Shown: piece after piece, positions 22,634 through 30,898 of the stretch | Numbering within the stretch: position 1 is the stretch's first letter | How the letters are laid out: each line of letters opens with the position of its first letter | Assembly (NCBI RefSeq): GCF_900105015.1 | Contig: NZ_FNLK01000015.1 | Span: 120,001 to 152,000, forward strand | DNA: 32,000 nucleotides | Source: Schaalia meyeri | GTDB lineage: Bacteria > Actinomycetota > Actinomycetes > Actinomycetales > Actinomycetaceae | Reading direction: 5' to 3' | The notes under the pieces: generated by a model | What the model saw: the letters and a program-made list of their open reading frames with translations, nothing else | Database searches by the model: none | What the model was told of the DNA's origin: nothing | Made by a program: the position numbers and the translations under genes

Positions 22634-23770
22634 TCAGACGCCGAAGCGGATGGGCATCAGCAGATAGCGGAACTGCGTGACCTCGCCCTCGTCGGCTTTC
22701 CTCTGGCCGGTGATGACGGCCGGCTTCGTGGAATGGGTGAAGCCGAAGCGAACGAAGTCGGTGTCCAAGACCTGCAGGCCGTCGATGAGGAACTGCGGGT
22801 TGAACGCGGTCGAAATATCGTCGCCGTGCAGGGTTGCCTCGATGGCCTCGGAGGCCTGGGCGTTGTCGCCCTGTCCGGCCTCGAGAACCAGCTGGCCGGC
22901 GGTGAAGGCCAGCCGAACAGAAGTTTTGCGCTCGGCAACCAGGGACATGCGCTTGACGGCCTCCAGCAGGGCGTGGCGGTCGACGACGGCCTGGATCGGC
23001 GTCGATTCGGGAAAGAGGCGACGCACCGCGGGGTAGTCGCCGTCCATCAGGGTCGAGGTGGTGCGGCGTCCCGCGGCGGCAAATCCGATCAGCGATGATG
23101 ATCCGGGCTGGGTTTCGCCAGACAGGCCGACCTCGACCTTCGCGCCGGAGGTCATGGACTTGGCGACGTCCTGGAGGATGCGCGCTTTAACCAGCGCGAC
23201 TTCCTCGATCGAGGTGTCGGTGGGCTCCCAGTCGAGCTCGCGCATGGCCAGACGGTAGCGATCGGTGGCCAACAGGGTGATAGCGGGGCCGTTGATCTCG
23301 ATGCGAACCCCCGTCAGCAAAGGCAGCGTATCGTCGCGCGAGGCGGCGATCGAAACCTGCGAAACGGCCTGAGAGAGCGTGGCGGAGTCGATGGCGCCGA
23401 TTACCTGCGGCTGTGCGGGAAGCAGCGGGTATTCGTCGAGGGGCATGACGGCCAATGTGAAGTGGGAGGACCCGCACACGAGGGTGACCTTCTGACCGTC
23501 CAACTCGACGGATACAGGCTTAGCGGGCAGGGACTTTGAGATGTCGGCCAAGAGGCGACCGGACACCAGCACCTCGCCGGCCTGGTCGACAGTCGCGGGA
23601 ATGTGGGAGTTCGCGGACACCTCGTAGTCGAACGAGGACAGCGTTAACTCGTCACCTTCGGCCTTGATGCGCACGCCTGCCAAGATCGGCGACGCCGGGC
23701 GCACGGGGAGTGCGCGGGCGGTCCACGAAACGGCTTCGGCCAGAACATCGCGGGCGACGGTGAACTTCAT
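22634..23770 (-). CDS. dnaN: DNA polymerase III beta sliding clamp
   Basis: MKFTVARDVLAEAVSWTARALPVRPASPILAGVRIKAEGDELTLSSFDYEVS is a typical DnaN N-terminus. Track ORF trimmed to ATG 23770, with GGAGG 5 nt upstream. Confidence 0.95.
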   Translation of the reverse strand: MKFTVARDVLAEAVSWTARALPVRPASPILAGVRIKAEGDELTLSSFDYEVSANSHIPATVDQAGEVLVSGRLLADISKSLPAKPVSVELDGQKVTLVCGSSHFTLAVMPLDEYPLLPAQPQVIGAIDSATLSQAVSQVSIAASRDDTLPLLTGVRIEINGPAITLLATDRYRLAMRELDWEPTDTSIEEVALVKARILQDVAKSMTSGAKVEVGLSGETQPGSSSLIGFAAAGRRTTSTLMDGDYPAVRRLFPESTPIQAVVDRHALLEAVKRMSLVAERKTSVRLAFTAGQLVLEAGQGDNAQASEAIEATLHGDDISTAFNPQFLIDGLQVLDTDFVRFGFTHSTKPAVITGQRKADEGEVTQFRYLLMPIRFGV

Positions 23771-24169
23771 AGCTGCCTCCAAAACACAAAACGGATCGAG
23801 GACTACTTTACCCATATGTGCACCGATGCGGGGCGCGATCACGGCCTGGCGGGCCACACCTGAGCCCGAGGCTACTGTACGGTGGCCTGTGAAAATTCAA
23901 TGTCTTTGAACTAGCCCTCCATCATAAGGGCTGTTAGTTCTGTGGAAAACTGTCCTTTTCGGCGAAAAATCGCGGAAATTACTGTGTTGTAATCCCGGGA
24001 TGCGGATGTGGATCTCTCACGTACTCATGTGGATAGACGAAACGACAATTTTTTGAGATCCACACCGAGTGTCCGCTTCTCCACAGGCACCCGGCCCTCG
24101 TCCACCAGATTTTCACAGCTCCTGTGAATGTGGCGCGGGCGTCGACTTTCGTGTGTGCCCCCTGGGATT
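23771..24169. other. oriC candidate: dnaA-dnaN intergenic region with DnaA-box cluster and AT-rich segment
   Basis: DnaA-box-like 9-mers: TGTGGAAAA 23941-23949 (TTTTCCACA), TGTGGATCT 24007-24015, TGTGGATAG 24028-24036 (CTATCCACA), AGATCCACA 24056-24064 and TTCTCCACA 24077-24085. Markedly AT-richer DNA at about 23885-23995 (gtgaaaattcaatgtctttgaactag.., ggcgaaaaatcgcggaaattactgtgttgtaatc) is a possible unwinding element. The position matches oriC of most Actinobacteria. Confidence 0.7.
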
Positions 24170-25612
24170 TCACGATTCCCGGGCCTTTTGCTTAATGCGG
24201 TTTGTAAGCTCCGACACATGGTTGAAGGTCTCGCGCTTCTCCTTCATCAGCTTCGAGATTTTCTTGTTCGCGTGCATGACCGTCGTGTGGTCTCGGCCGA
24301 AGGCCTGTCCGATTTTCGGCAGCGACAGGTCAGTGAGTTCGCGGCACAGGTACATGGCGATTTGGCGGGCCTCGACCACGTTGTGGCTGCGTTCCGAGGA
24401 ACCCATCTGATCGATCGTTACGCCGAAGTAGACGGCGCACTGGCTCATGATGAGGCTGACCGTGATCTCGTTGTCGTCGGGGTTGGATACGAAGTCTTTG
24501 AGCATCATCTGCGCCAGGTTCAGGTCGATGCGCTCCTGATACAGGGAAGCCCACGCCCCGATGCGCACGAGTGCGCCCTCCAGTTCGCGGATGTTGGAGG
24601 AGATGCGCGAGGCCACGTATTCAAAGACTTCGGGCGTCACCTCCAGGCCTTCCGCGTCCGCCTTCTTGTGCAGGATCGCGATGCGCGTCTCCAGGTCCGG
24701 CGGCTGCACGTCCACGAGCAGACCGGAGGAGAACCGTGACCGCATGCGGTCCTCGAAGCCCCTGAGCTGGGCGGGCGGCAGGTCGGAGGTCAGGACGATC
24801 TGCTTGTTGGCGCTGTGCAGCGCGTTGAATGTGTGAAAGAAACCCTCGACCGTCTGTTCCTTGTCGCCGATGAATTGGATGTCGTCGATGAGCAGGATGT
24901 CGAGCTCGCGATAGCGTCGGTGAAAGGCCTCAACCTGTGAGTTGTCGGTCTTGTTGAGGCGGATCGCGTTGATGAACTCGTTCGTGAACTCTTCGGAGTT
25001 GACGTAGCGGACCTTCAGGTGGGGCATCATCGACAGCGCGTTGTGGCCGATGGCCTGCAGCAGGTGAGTCTTGCCCAGCCCCGAGTCGCCGTAGATGAAC
25101 AGGGGGTTGAACGCGATGCCGGGCGTTTCCGAGGCTGCCAGGGCGGCGGCGTGCGCGAAACGGTTGGACGGGCCGATCACGAAAGTATCGAAGGTGAACT
25201 TTGGGTTCAGGTGGGTTGGTCCCGAGTCCGTGGGCGAGGTGACCAGGGCGGGGGAGTGATCCTCCCGCTTTGGCGTCGGCGGTTGCATCGCTTCCCTTTG
25301 CGGCTTGGGCGAGGCCTTGGCTGGGGGCGGCTCCTCCTCGTCGGTGACGACCTCCAGCGAGGGGTCGACGGTGATGGCGATTCGTACCGTTCGGCCCAGG
25401 TTTACAGAGAGCGCGGTCGTGAGCTTGGACTGTGCCTTGTCTTCGATCCACTGTTTCGTGAATCCGTTGGGAACAGCCAGGAGGATGGTGCCCTCGATGT
25501 CACCGAGGGGCCGTGCGGAACGCAGCATGGAAGCGGCGACGGGACCCAGCTCGTCGGTGGGGACTGCGGCGAGGGCGGCAGCCCACGCGCGTGTGAGGGA
25601 ATCCGACTCCAC
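24170..25612 (-). CDS. dnaA: Chromosomal replication initiator DnaA
   Basis: 480 aa. Contains [18 protein letters not shown] (Walker A), LLIDDIQF, the LTSD sensor region and the C-terminal DNA-binding domain ([33 protein letters not shown]). GTG 25612 has GGAGG 5 nt upstream. Confidence 0.97.
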   Translation of the reverse strand: MESDSLTRAWAAALAAVPTDELGPVAASMLRSARPLGDIEGTILLAVPNGFTKQWIEDKAQSKLTTALSVNLGRTVRIAITVDPSLEVVTDEEEPPPAKASPKPQREAMQPPTPKREDHSPALVTSPTDSGPTHLNPKFTFDTFVIGPSNRFAHAAALAASETPGIAFNPLFIYGDSGLGKTHLLQAIGHNALSMMPHLKVRYVNSEEFTNEFINAIRLNKTDNSQVEAFHRRYRELDILLIDDIQFIGDKEQTVEGFFHTFNALHSANKQIVLTSDLPPAQLRGFEDRMRSRFSSGLLVDVQPPDLETRIAILHKKADAEGLEVTPEVFEYVASRISSNIRELEGALVRIGAWASLYQERIDLNLAQMMLKDFVSNPDDNEITVSLIMSQCAVYFGVTIDQMGSSERSHNVVEARQIAMYLCRELTDLSLPKIGQAFGRDHTTVMHANKKISKLMKEKRETFNHVSELTNRIKQKARES

Positions 25613-25708
25613 GGCGACCTCCGGACAACTAATCGGTGAGTTAGGTCACGACGTTTCTGTTCCGTACGTGACCGATGCGTACCTCCGCAGTGTAGCCCGC
25701 GTACAGTG

Positions 25709-25888
25709 TTATGCACAGACTGGGGATGAAGCTGTGGAGAACCTTCATGGAATCACAGTTTTGTAGTTACATCTTTGGGTCCGCGTCAGCGTGCGGAAAC
25801 GAAAAGTGAATATGGCCTGTGGATAAACCCCCTCATCCACGAACTGTGGACGATGGTGATCCACAGCGATTTGCACAGCTGTGGATGC
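25709..25888. promoter_or_regulatory. Second DnaA-box cluster in the rpmH-dnaA spacer (dnaA promoter/autoregulation region or second oriC module)
   Basis: TTATGCACA 25709-25717; TGTGGAGAA 25733-25741; TGTGGATAA 25818-25826 (a perfect TTATCCACA on the minus strand); TCATCCACG 25833-25841; TGTGGACGA 25845-25853; TGATCCACA 25857-25865; ATTTGCACA 25869-25877; TGTGGATGC 25880-25888. Confidence 0.65.
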
Positions 25889-25919
25889 TGTGTGTGACGC
25901 GGTGCGTAACGTTGCCGCG

Positions 25920-25948
25920 TTGACTAGCTGCCCGGATCCGCTTAATCT
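25920..25948 (+). promoter_or_regulatory. Candidate promoter of the rpmH-rnpA-yidD-yidC operon
   Basis: TTGACT (25920-25925), a 17-nt spacer, then TAATCT (25943-25948), about 110 nt upstream of the rpmH GTG. Confidence 0.5.
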
Positions 25949-26057
25949 TGGTTTTTGTTTGCGCCCATTTTGGGCGTGCGTCCCCAGCTGCCGCCCCTCG
26001 TGGGCGGGCAGCCGAACCGAAAACGAGTGGGAGACCACTGAGCCGAGGAGAATCGCC

Positions 26058-26198
26058 GTGACCACCAAGCGGACCTACCAGCCCAACAACCGTCGTCGTT
26101 CCAAGACGCACGGTTTCCGCCTGCGCATGTCGACCCGCGCCGGCCGCGCCATTCTGGCTGCCCGCCGTCGCAAGGGCCGCGCCAAGCTGTCCGCCTGA
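26058..26198 (+). CDS. rpmH: 50S ribosomal protein L34
   Basis: [46 protein letters not shown] (46 aa). GTG 26058 has GAGGAG 7 nt upstream. The track ORF from 25881 is an upstream read-through of the same frame. Confidence 0.95.
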   Translation: MTTKRTYQPNNRRRSKTHGFRLRMSTRAGRAILAARRRKGRAKLSA

Positions 26199-26207
26199 GA
26201 CACCCCG

Positions 26208-26561
26208 GTGCTGCCGCGCGCGCACCGCATGGTTGACCCAGCGGACTTTATCGCCGCGATCCGGCACGGAGCGCGCGCAGGGGATCCGCTGGTTGTCGTC
26301 CACGTCCGAGCCGACGAGGAGCGCAACAGCCGCCTCGTCGGTTTCGTCGTACCTAAGCGGGAGATTAAGCGCGCCAGCGGACGCAACCGCGTCAAGCGGC
26401 AGCTGCGGAACCTCATGCGGGGTCGGATCGAGGACCTGCCCGAAGGATGCAGGGTCGTCGTGAGGGCTTCCTCCCAGGCCCTGGGAGTCCCCTCGAAGGA
26501 ACTCGGTTCCCACCTGGACCGCGTGATGAGGCGAGCGTGGCGCAAATGGGATGCGCGATGA
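26208..26561 (+). CDS. rnpA: Ribonuclease P protein component
   Basis: 117 aa, basic, with [24 protein letters not shown] (RNR motif), immediately downstream of rpmH. Confidence 0.9.
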   Translation: MLPRAHRMVDPADFIAAIRHGARAGDPLVVVHVRADEERNSRLVGFVVPKREIKRASGRNRVKRQLRNLMRGRIEDLPEGCRVVVRASSQALGVPSKELGSHLDRVMRRAWRKWDAR

Positions 26562-26971
26562 GCGCCGTGAGCCGCGCCTTTGGCGCGATAGTCTCAGCGC
26601 CTATCCTCGTCTACCAACGCTTCATCTCACCGGCTTTTGGCCCCAGGTGTCGTTACGCCCCCAGCTGCTCCACCTACGCGCTCCAGGCCATCCGCACCCA
26701 CGGACCGATCAAGGGACTGATACTTTCATCCTGGCGGCTCCTGCGGTGCAACCCCTGGAGCCTGGGAGGGGTAGACCACGTGCCCCGGCGTGGGAGGTGG
26801 AAGCCGGACCCCTGGGTCCCGCCCGAGGACTGGGCCGGGCACGACAACTGGGTTCGTCCAGCCCCGATGGGACTCGACCCCATAGACGATGACCGAGGAA
26901 CCGACCAGGGCCTCGGACCACTGAGGAATAATGAAACAGCGGCGCAAAAGCGCCACGGCGAAAGCGAATAG
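26558..26971 (+). CDS. yidD: Membrane protein insertion efficiency factor YidD (with C-terminal extension)
   Basis: [51 protein letters not shown] is the YidD signature. ATG 26558 overlaps the rnpA stop (ATGA). The track ORF start at 26447 is rejected. Confidence 0.85.
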   Translation: MSAVSRAFGAIVSAPILVYQRFISPAFGPRCRYAPSCSTYALQAIRTHGPIKGLILSSWRLLRCNPWSLGGVDHVPRRGRWKPDPWVPPEDWAGHDNWVRPAPMGLDPIDDDRGTDQGLGPLRNNETAAQKRHGESE

Positions 26972-26974
26972 TTC

Positions 26975-28312
26975 ATGTTCGATGCAATTCTCCACCCATT
27001 CGCGTGGGCCATCTCCTACCTGTGGGTGTGGATCCATAACCTCCTGGTGATGCTGGGATTCTCCTCCGGCTCCGGCGTGGCGTGGGTCCTGTCCATTGTG
27101 CTGCTCACCATCCTGGTGCGCATCGCCATCATTCCGCTGTTCCTCAAGCAGATCCGGTCCTCGCGCGCCATGCAGGCCATCCAGCCTGAAATGCGCAAGA
27201 TTCAGGATAAGTACAAGGGCAAGAAGGATCAGGCCAGCCGCCAAAAGATGATGGAGGAGACGCAGGCCCTGCAGCGCAAGCACAAGGTCTCACCCTTCGC
27301 GTCGTGCCTGCCGATGCTGGTGCAGATGCCCGTCCTCTTCGGCATGTACCGCGCCATCATCGCGGTTTCCTCGATCGCCTCCGGCACGTACACCTACCGC
27401 GGAGAGCCCACGGATCACCTGGGTCCCCTCAACTTAGCCGTCTCCTCAGAGATCGTGAACTCGACCGTCTTTGGCGTGCCCCTGTCGCACACCATTCGCG
27501 ATTCCTCCGGCGAGCCCGTGAGCATTGCCGTCTTCGTCGTCGCGATCGTCTTGATGGTCGTTCTTCAGTTCGTGTCGATGCGCCTGTCCTTCTCGCGCAA
27601 CATGCCCGACATGGGCGACAATCCTATGGCCCAGTCACAGCGGTCCATGATGTATGTGATGCCGTTGATGTTTATCTTCTCCGGTGTCTTCTTCCAGATG
27701 GGTGTCGTTATCTACACCGTGACCGCATCGTTCTGGGCACTCGCCCAGGCCTACTGGACCATCAAGGTTATGCCCACGCCGGGTTCTCGCGCCTATGTCG
27801 ACCTGCTTTCCTCGCGCGAGGCCGCCTACCAGGAATGGGCCAAACCCTTCTTCCAGGACTACGACCGCGAGCGAGCGGGCCTCGGTAACCCCGCCACCGA
27901 CCCGCGCGTCGACGAACTCAACGAGCGCACGCTCGCCGAGGTTCGCTCCAAGGCCAAGAAGCAACACGTCGCATCCGACTTCCCCGCCTCCATGTCGGTC
28001 GGCGAGATCATCACGGTCTACCGCAACCTGGCCAGCCAGAAGTGGACCACCCTGCCCGACGAACAGTGGATGCGCGGGCTGCGTGCGGCCGTCGACAAGC
28101 GCATCGCAAAACAGGAAGCGTCCGCCCAGCGTGCCGAAATGCAAAAGAAGGTCCGCAACCGCCGCTCCCTCGAGCGCGACGCCGCCAAGGCCTCGGCCGA
28201 TGCGTCCGATGGCACCACGGATAGCGGACACGGCTCGCTCAGCGCCGAAGAGATCGAGCGCCGCCGTGTCGCGCGACGTAAGGCGCGCCGCCGCTCCGGA
28301 AACAAGCGCTGA
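26975..28312 (+). CDS. yidC: Membrane protein insertase YidC
   Basis: 445 aa. ILLTILVRIAIIPLFLKQIRSSRAMQAIQPEMRKIQDKYKG and CLPMLVQMPVLFGMYRAI are present, followed by a long basic C-terminal tail. Confidence 0.92.
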   Translation: MFDAILHPFAWAISYLWVWIHNLLVMLGFSSGSGVAWVLSIVLLTILVRIAIIPLFLKQIRSSRAMQAIQPEMRKIQDKYKGKKDQASRQKMMEETQALQRKHKVSPFASCLPMLVQMPVLFGMYRAIIAVSSIASGTYTYRGEPTDHLGPLNLAVSSEIVNSTVFGVPLSHTIRDSSGEPVSIAVFVVAIVLMVVLQFVSMRLSFSRNMPDMGDNPMAQSQRSMMYVMPLMFIFSGVFFQMGVVIYTVTASFWALAQAYWTIKVMPTPGSRAYVDLLSSREAAYQEWAKPFFQDYDRERAGLGNPATDPRVDELNERTLAEVRSKAKKQHVASDFPASMSVGEIITVYRNLASQKWTTLPDEQWMRGLRAAVDKRIAKQEASAQRAEMQKKVRNRRSLERDAAKASADASDGTTDSGHGSLSAEEIERRRVARRKARRRSGNKR

Positions 28313-28393
28313 CCACCACAGTTTTCCGGTCCGGGCACTCGAGGGTAACCTTGAGACCAATACGACCCCATTCCCCACCACGGAGGAGACGTC

Positions 28394-28897
28394 ATGAGTG
28401 ACGACAACGCAGGTAAGCTCACCCGCCTCGAAGAAGAGGGTGATCTCGCCGCCGACTACCTGGAAGAGCTGCTCGACATCGCCGACCTGGACGGCGACAT
28501 CGAGATCGACGTCGAGAACGGTCGTGCATCGGTCGAGATCGTCGCCGACGACCCCGAGGCGCTCGACCGCCTGGTCGGTGAGGACGGAGAGGTCTTGGAT
28601 GCGCTCCAGGAGCTGACCCGCCTGGCCGTTCAGACCGAGACCGGCGAGCGTTCGCGTCTGATGCTCGACATCGCCGGATTTAGGGCCGAGCGTAAGGAAG
28701 AGCTTCAGGACATCACGCGCGAGGCCATCGCCCAGGTGCGCGCCAGCGGGGAGGCCGTCAAGCTGGAGGCCATGAACCCCTTTGAGCGTAAAGTCTGCCA
28801 TGACGTGGTCGCCGCCGATGGGCTCACCTCCGAGTCAGAGGGTGTTGAGCCACACCGGCGCGTCGTTATCCTGGCCCCGGATTTAGACGGTGAGTGA
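28394..28897 (+). CDS. jag: Jag/KhpB-type RNA-binding protein (KH plus R3H domains)
   Basis: 167 aa with an acidic N-terminus. The R3H-type end is MNPFERKVCHDVVAADGLTSESEGVEPHRRVVI. Conserved position between yidC and rsmG. GGAGGAG lies upstream. Confidence 0.85.
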   Translation: MSDDNAGKLTRLEEEGDLAADYLEELLDIADLDGDIEIDVENGRASVEIVADDPEALDRLVGEDGEVLDALQELTRLAVQTETGERSRLMLDIAGFRAERKEELQDITREAIAQVRASGEAVKLEAMNPFERKVCHDVVAADGLTSESEGVEPHRRVVILAPDLDGE

Positions 28898-29573
28898 GGA
28901 ATCGAAGGGAACGGTCAGGGGTCGTCAAGCAGGCGACCCCTTCGTTCCAGAAGAACCCACCAGGGCCGTCCGGGGCTTTTTCGGATCGGCTTTCTCTGAT
29001 ATTTGCGAGTACGCGCGGATGCTTGAGGAGGAAGGCGAGATCCGGGGCCTTCTTAGCCCGCGCGACATGGAACGTATCTGGTCCCGGCACATCGTTAATT
29101 CGGCGGCGGTGCTGGATTTTATGCCGCGCAGGCAGGAGCGCCAGGTGCTGGACATCGGTTCGGGGTCGGGCCTACCCGGCATCGTGATTGCCGCGTGCCG
29201 TCCCGACCTTGACGTGCACCTGGCCGAGCCCATGGCGCGACGCGTCGAATGGCTGATGGACGTGGTGGAGGATCTGGGCCTGGATAACGTCACGATTCAT
29301 CAGGCTCGCGCTGAGGAGTTGCGCGGCAAAGGTAAGGCGGACGTGGTGACTGCTCGGGCCGTGGCCAACATGAGCAAGCTCGTTCGCATGACCTCGAAGC
29401 TCATCGCTCCGGGTGGATCGCTCGTGGCCCTCAAGGGCAGGCGTGCGCCGATCGAGGTCGAGGAGGCATCCGGCGAGCTGCGCCGACATCACCTGCGTGC
29501 TCAGATACACGAGGTTCCATCCATCATGGAGGATGAGTCCACCTACGTGGTGGTGTGCACGCGCATCAAGTAG
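28890..29573 (+). CDS. rsmG: 16S rRNA (guanine527-N7)-methyltransferase RsmG/GidB
   Basis: SRHIVNSAAV and the SAM motif VLDIGSGSGLPGIVIA are present, then VVTARAVA. GTG 28890 overlaps the jag stop by 8 nt. Confidence 0.9.
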   Translation: MSEESKGTVRGRQAGDPFVPEEPTRAVRGFFGSAFSDICEYARMLEEEGEIRGLLSPRDMERIWSRHIVNSAAVLDFMPRRQERQVLDIGSGSGLPGIVIAACRPDLDVHLAEPMARRVEWLMDVVEDLGLDNVTIHQARAEELRGKGKADVVTARAVANMSKLVRMTSKLIAPGGSLVALKGRRAPIEVEEASGELRRHHLRAQIHEVPSIMEDESTYVVVCTRIK

Positions 29574-29847
29574 GGAGCTTCCGCGCGAGGGAGAAGTATC
29601 ACGGAGCGCGATAGCCTTCGTTTGTTGTGATCTGAAACACAATATACTGTTCTCTCAGATCGTTTCGTTGCTCGACTGCTTCGAAGCCTTTGTTCGTTCG
29701 GCCAGGAGAATTGATCCTACAGAACGTTTTTTCTGGCATTTTGGTGTGCGGGCACGCGATTATGTGCACCTTCATGCATCACGGGCTTTCGATGATGGAA
29801 GTGCGTCCGTCTCCCCGTAGACTAGAGGCAGAACTTAGGAAGGTGTC

Positions 29848-30729
29848 ATGAGCAATAACAACACCCCTCTGTCTACTCAGATCGAACGTAATCTGCGCGA
29901 TTTGGAGATCCTTGAGGGTGCCGAGTTTCCTAAGCCCGAGGCGACGCGCATCATCGCGGTGGCAAATCAAAAGGGCGGAGTTGGCAAGACGACCTCAACG
30001 GTGAACCTTGCCGCCGGTTTGGCGCTGGGTGGTTTGACGGTCCTCGTTGTTGATGCGGACGCGCAGGGTAACGCATCCAGTGCGCTGGGGGTTCCGCATT
30101 CGGCCGGCACGCCATCGACCTACGATGTGATCATCGGCGGCGCGCGTGTCGAAGACGTTGTTCAGCAGTGCCCCGACATTGACGGCATCCTCGTTAGCCC
30201 CGCGACCATCGACCTGTCCGGCGCCGAGATCGAGCTTGTGGATGTGCCTCATCGCGAGTATCGGCTGAACGTGGCGCTGCGTGAGTACGTGGCGACGCAT
30301 CGCGACGTCGACATCGTGCTAATCGACTGTCCTCCGTCACTTGGTCTGGTGACCCTCAACGTCATGGTTGCCGCTAACGACGTTCTGATTCCCATTCAGG
30401 CTGAGTACTACGCGCTTGAAGGGTTGAGTCAGCTGTGGAACACGGTTGAACGCATCGGCGTTGATCTGAATCCCGGCTTGCGGGTGTCTGGAATGCTGCT
30501 GACCATGGCCGATAAGCGCACCCGCCTGTCGGAGGAGGTCGAGGATGAGGTTCGCACGCACTTTCCAGATCAGACTTTTCAGACCGTCATTCCCCGTTCC
30601 GTTCGCATCTCCGAGGCCCCCAGTTACGGTCAGACGGTCATCACCTACGACGCGCGGAATAATGGCGCGATAGCCTACCGCAAGGCGGCGCTCGAGCTGT
30701 GTCGACGGCTGGCGGATAGTGGCGAGTGA
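29848..30729 (+). CDS. parA: Chromosome partitioning ATPase ParA/Soj
   Basis: The deviant Walker A is IIAVANQKGGVGKTTSTVNLA. VLIDCPPSLG and the C-terminal SEAPSYGQTVITYD are also present. AGGAAGG lies upstream of the ATG. Confidence 0.93.
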   Translation: MSNNNTPLSTQIERNLRDLEILEGAEFPKPEATRIIAVANQKGGVGKTTSTVNLAAGLALGGLTVLVVDADAQGNASSALGVPHSAGTPSTYDVIIGGARVEDVVQQCPDIDGILVSPATIDLSGAEIELVDVPHREYRLNVALREYVATHRDVDIVLIDCPPSLGLVTLNVMVAANDVLIPIQAEYYALEGLSQLWNTVERIGVDLNPGLRVSGMLLTMADKRTRLSEEVEDEVRTHFPDQTFQTVIPRSVRISEAPSYGQTVITYDARNNGAIAYRKAALELCRRLADSGE

Positions 30730-30730
30730 T

Positions 30731-30746
30731 TGTTTCACGTGAAACA
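30731..30746. promoter_or_regulatory. parS site 1 (perfect consensus)
   Basis: TGTTTCACGTGAAACA, starting 2 nt after the parA stop codon. Confidence 0.85.
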
Positions 30747-30852
30747 TTGCGACCGTCACCGTCGTCTATCCGGCCTGGCACCTACTGACAACACCTGTGG
30801 ATATAGCTGCAAGATAGTGATCAACGGCGCTCCCGAGCTGAGCGCGCGGCAT

Positions 30853-30868
30853 TGTTTCACGTGAAACA
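30853..30868. promoter_or_regulatory. parS site 2 (perfect consensus, within a 22-bp perfect palindrome 30850-30871)
   Basis: CATTGTTTCACGTGAAACAATG, about 30 nt upstream of the parB ATG. Confidence 0.85.
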
Positions 30869-30898
30869 ATGGATCGACGTAATTGAAGGAGTATTGCA

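Noticed and set aside
29621-29661. parS-like string tgttgtgatctgaaaca and inverted repeat GATCTGA(19 nt)TCAGATC downstream of rsmG
   Set aside because: It is not palindromic like parS and has several mismatches to TGTTTCACGTGAAACA. The 7-bp AT-rich stem with a 19-nt loop is too weak to call a terminator or operator.
30796-30804. DnaA-box-like TGTGGATAT (ATATCCACA, 8/9) between parS1 and parS2
   Set aside because: It is a single imperfect match. Isolated 8/9 matches are expected by chance in a window this size, so it is not reported as a site.
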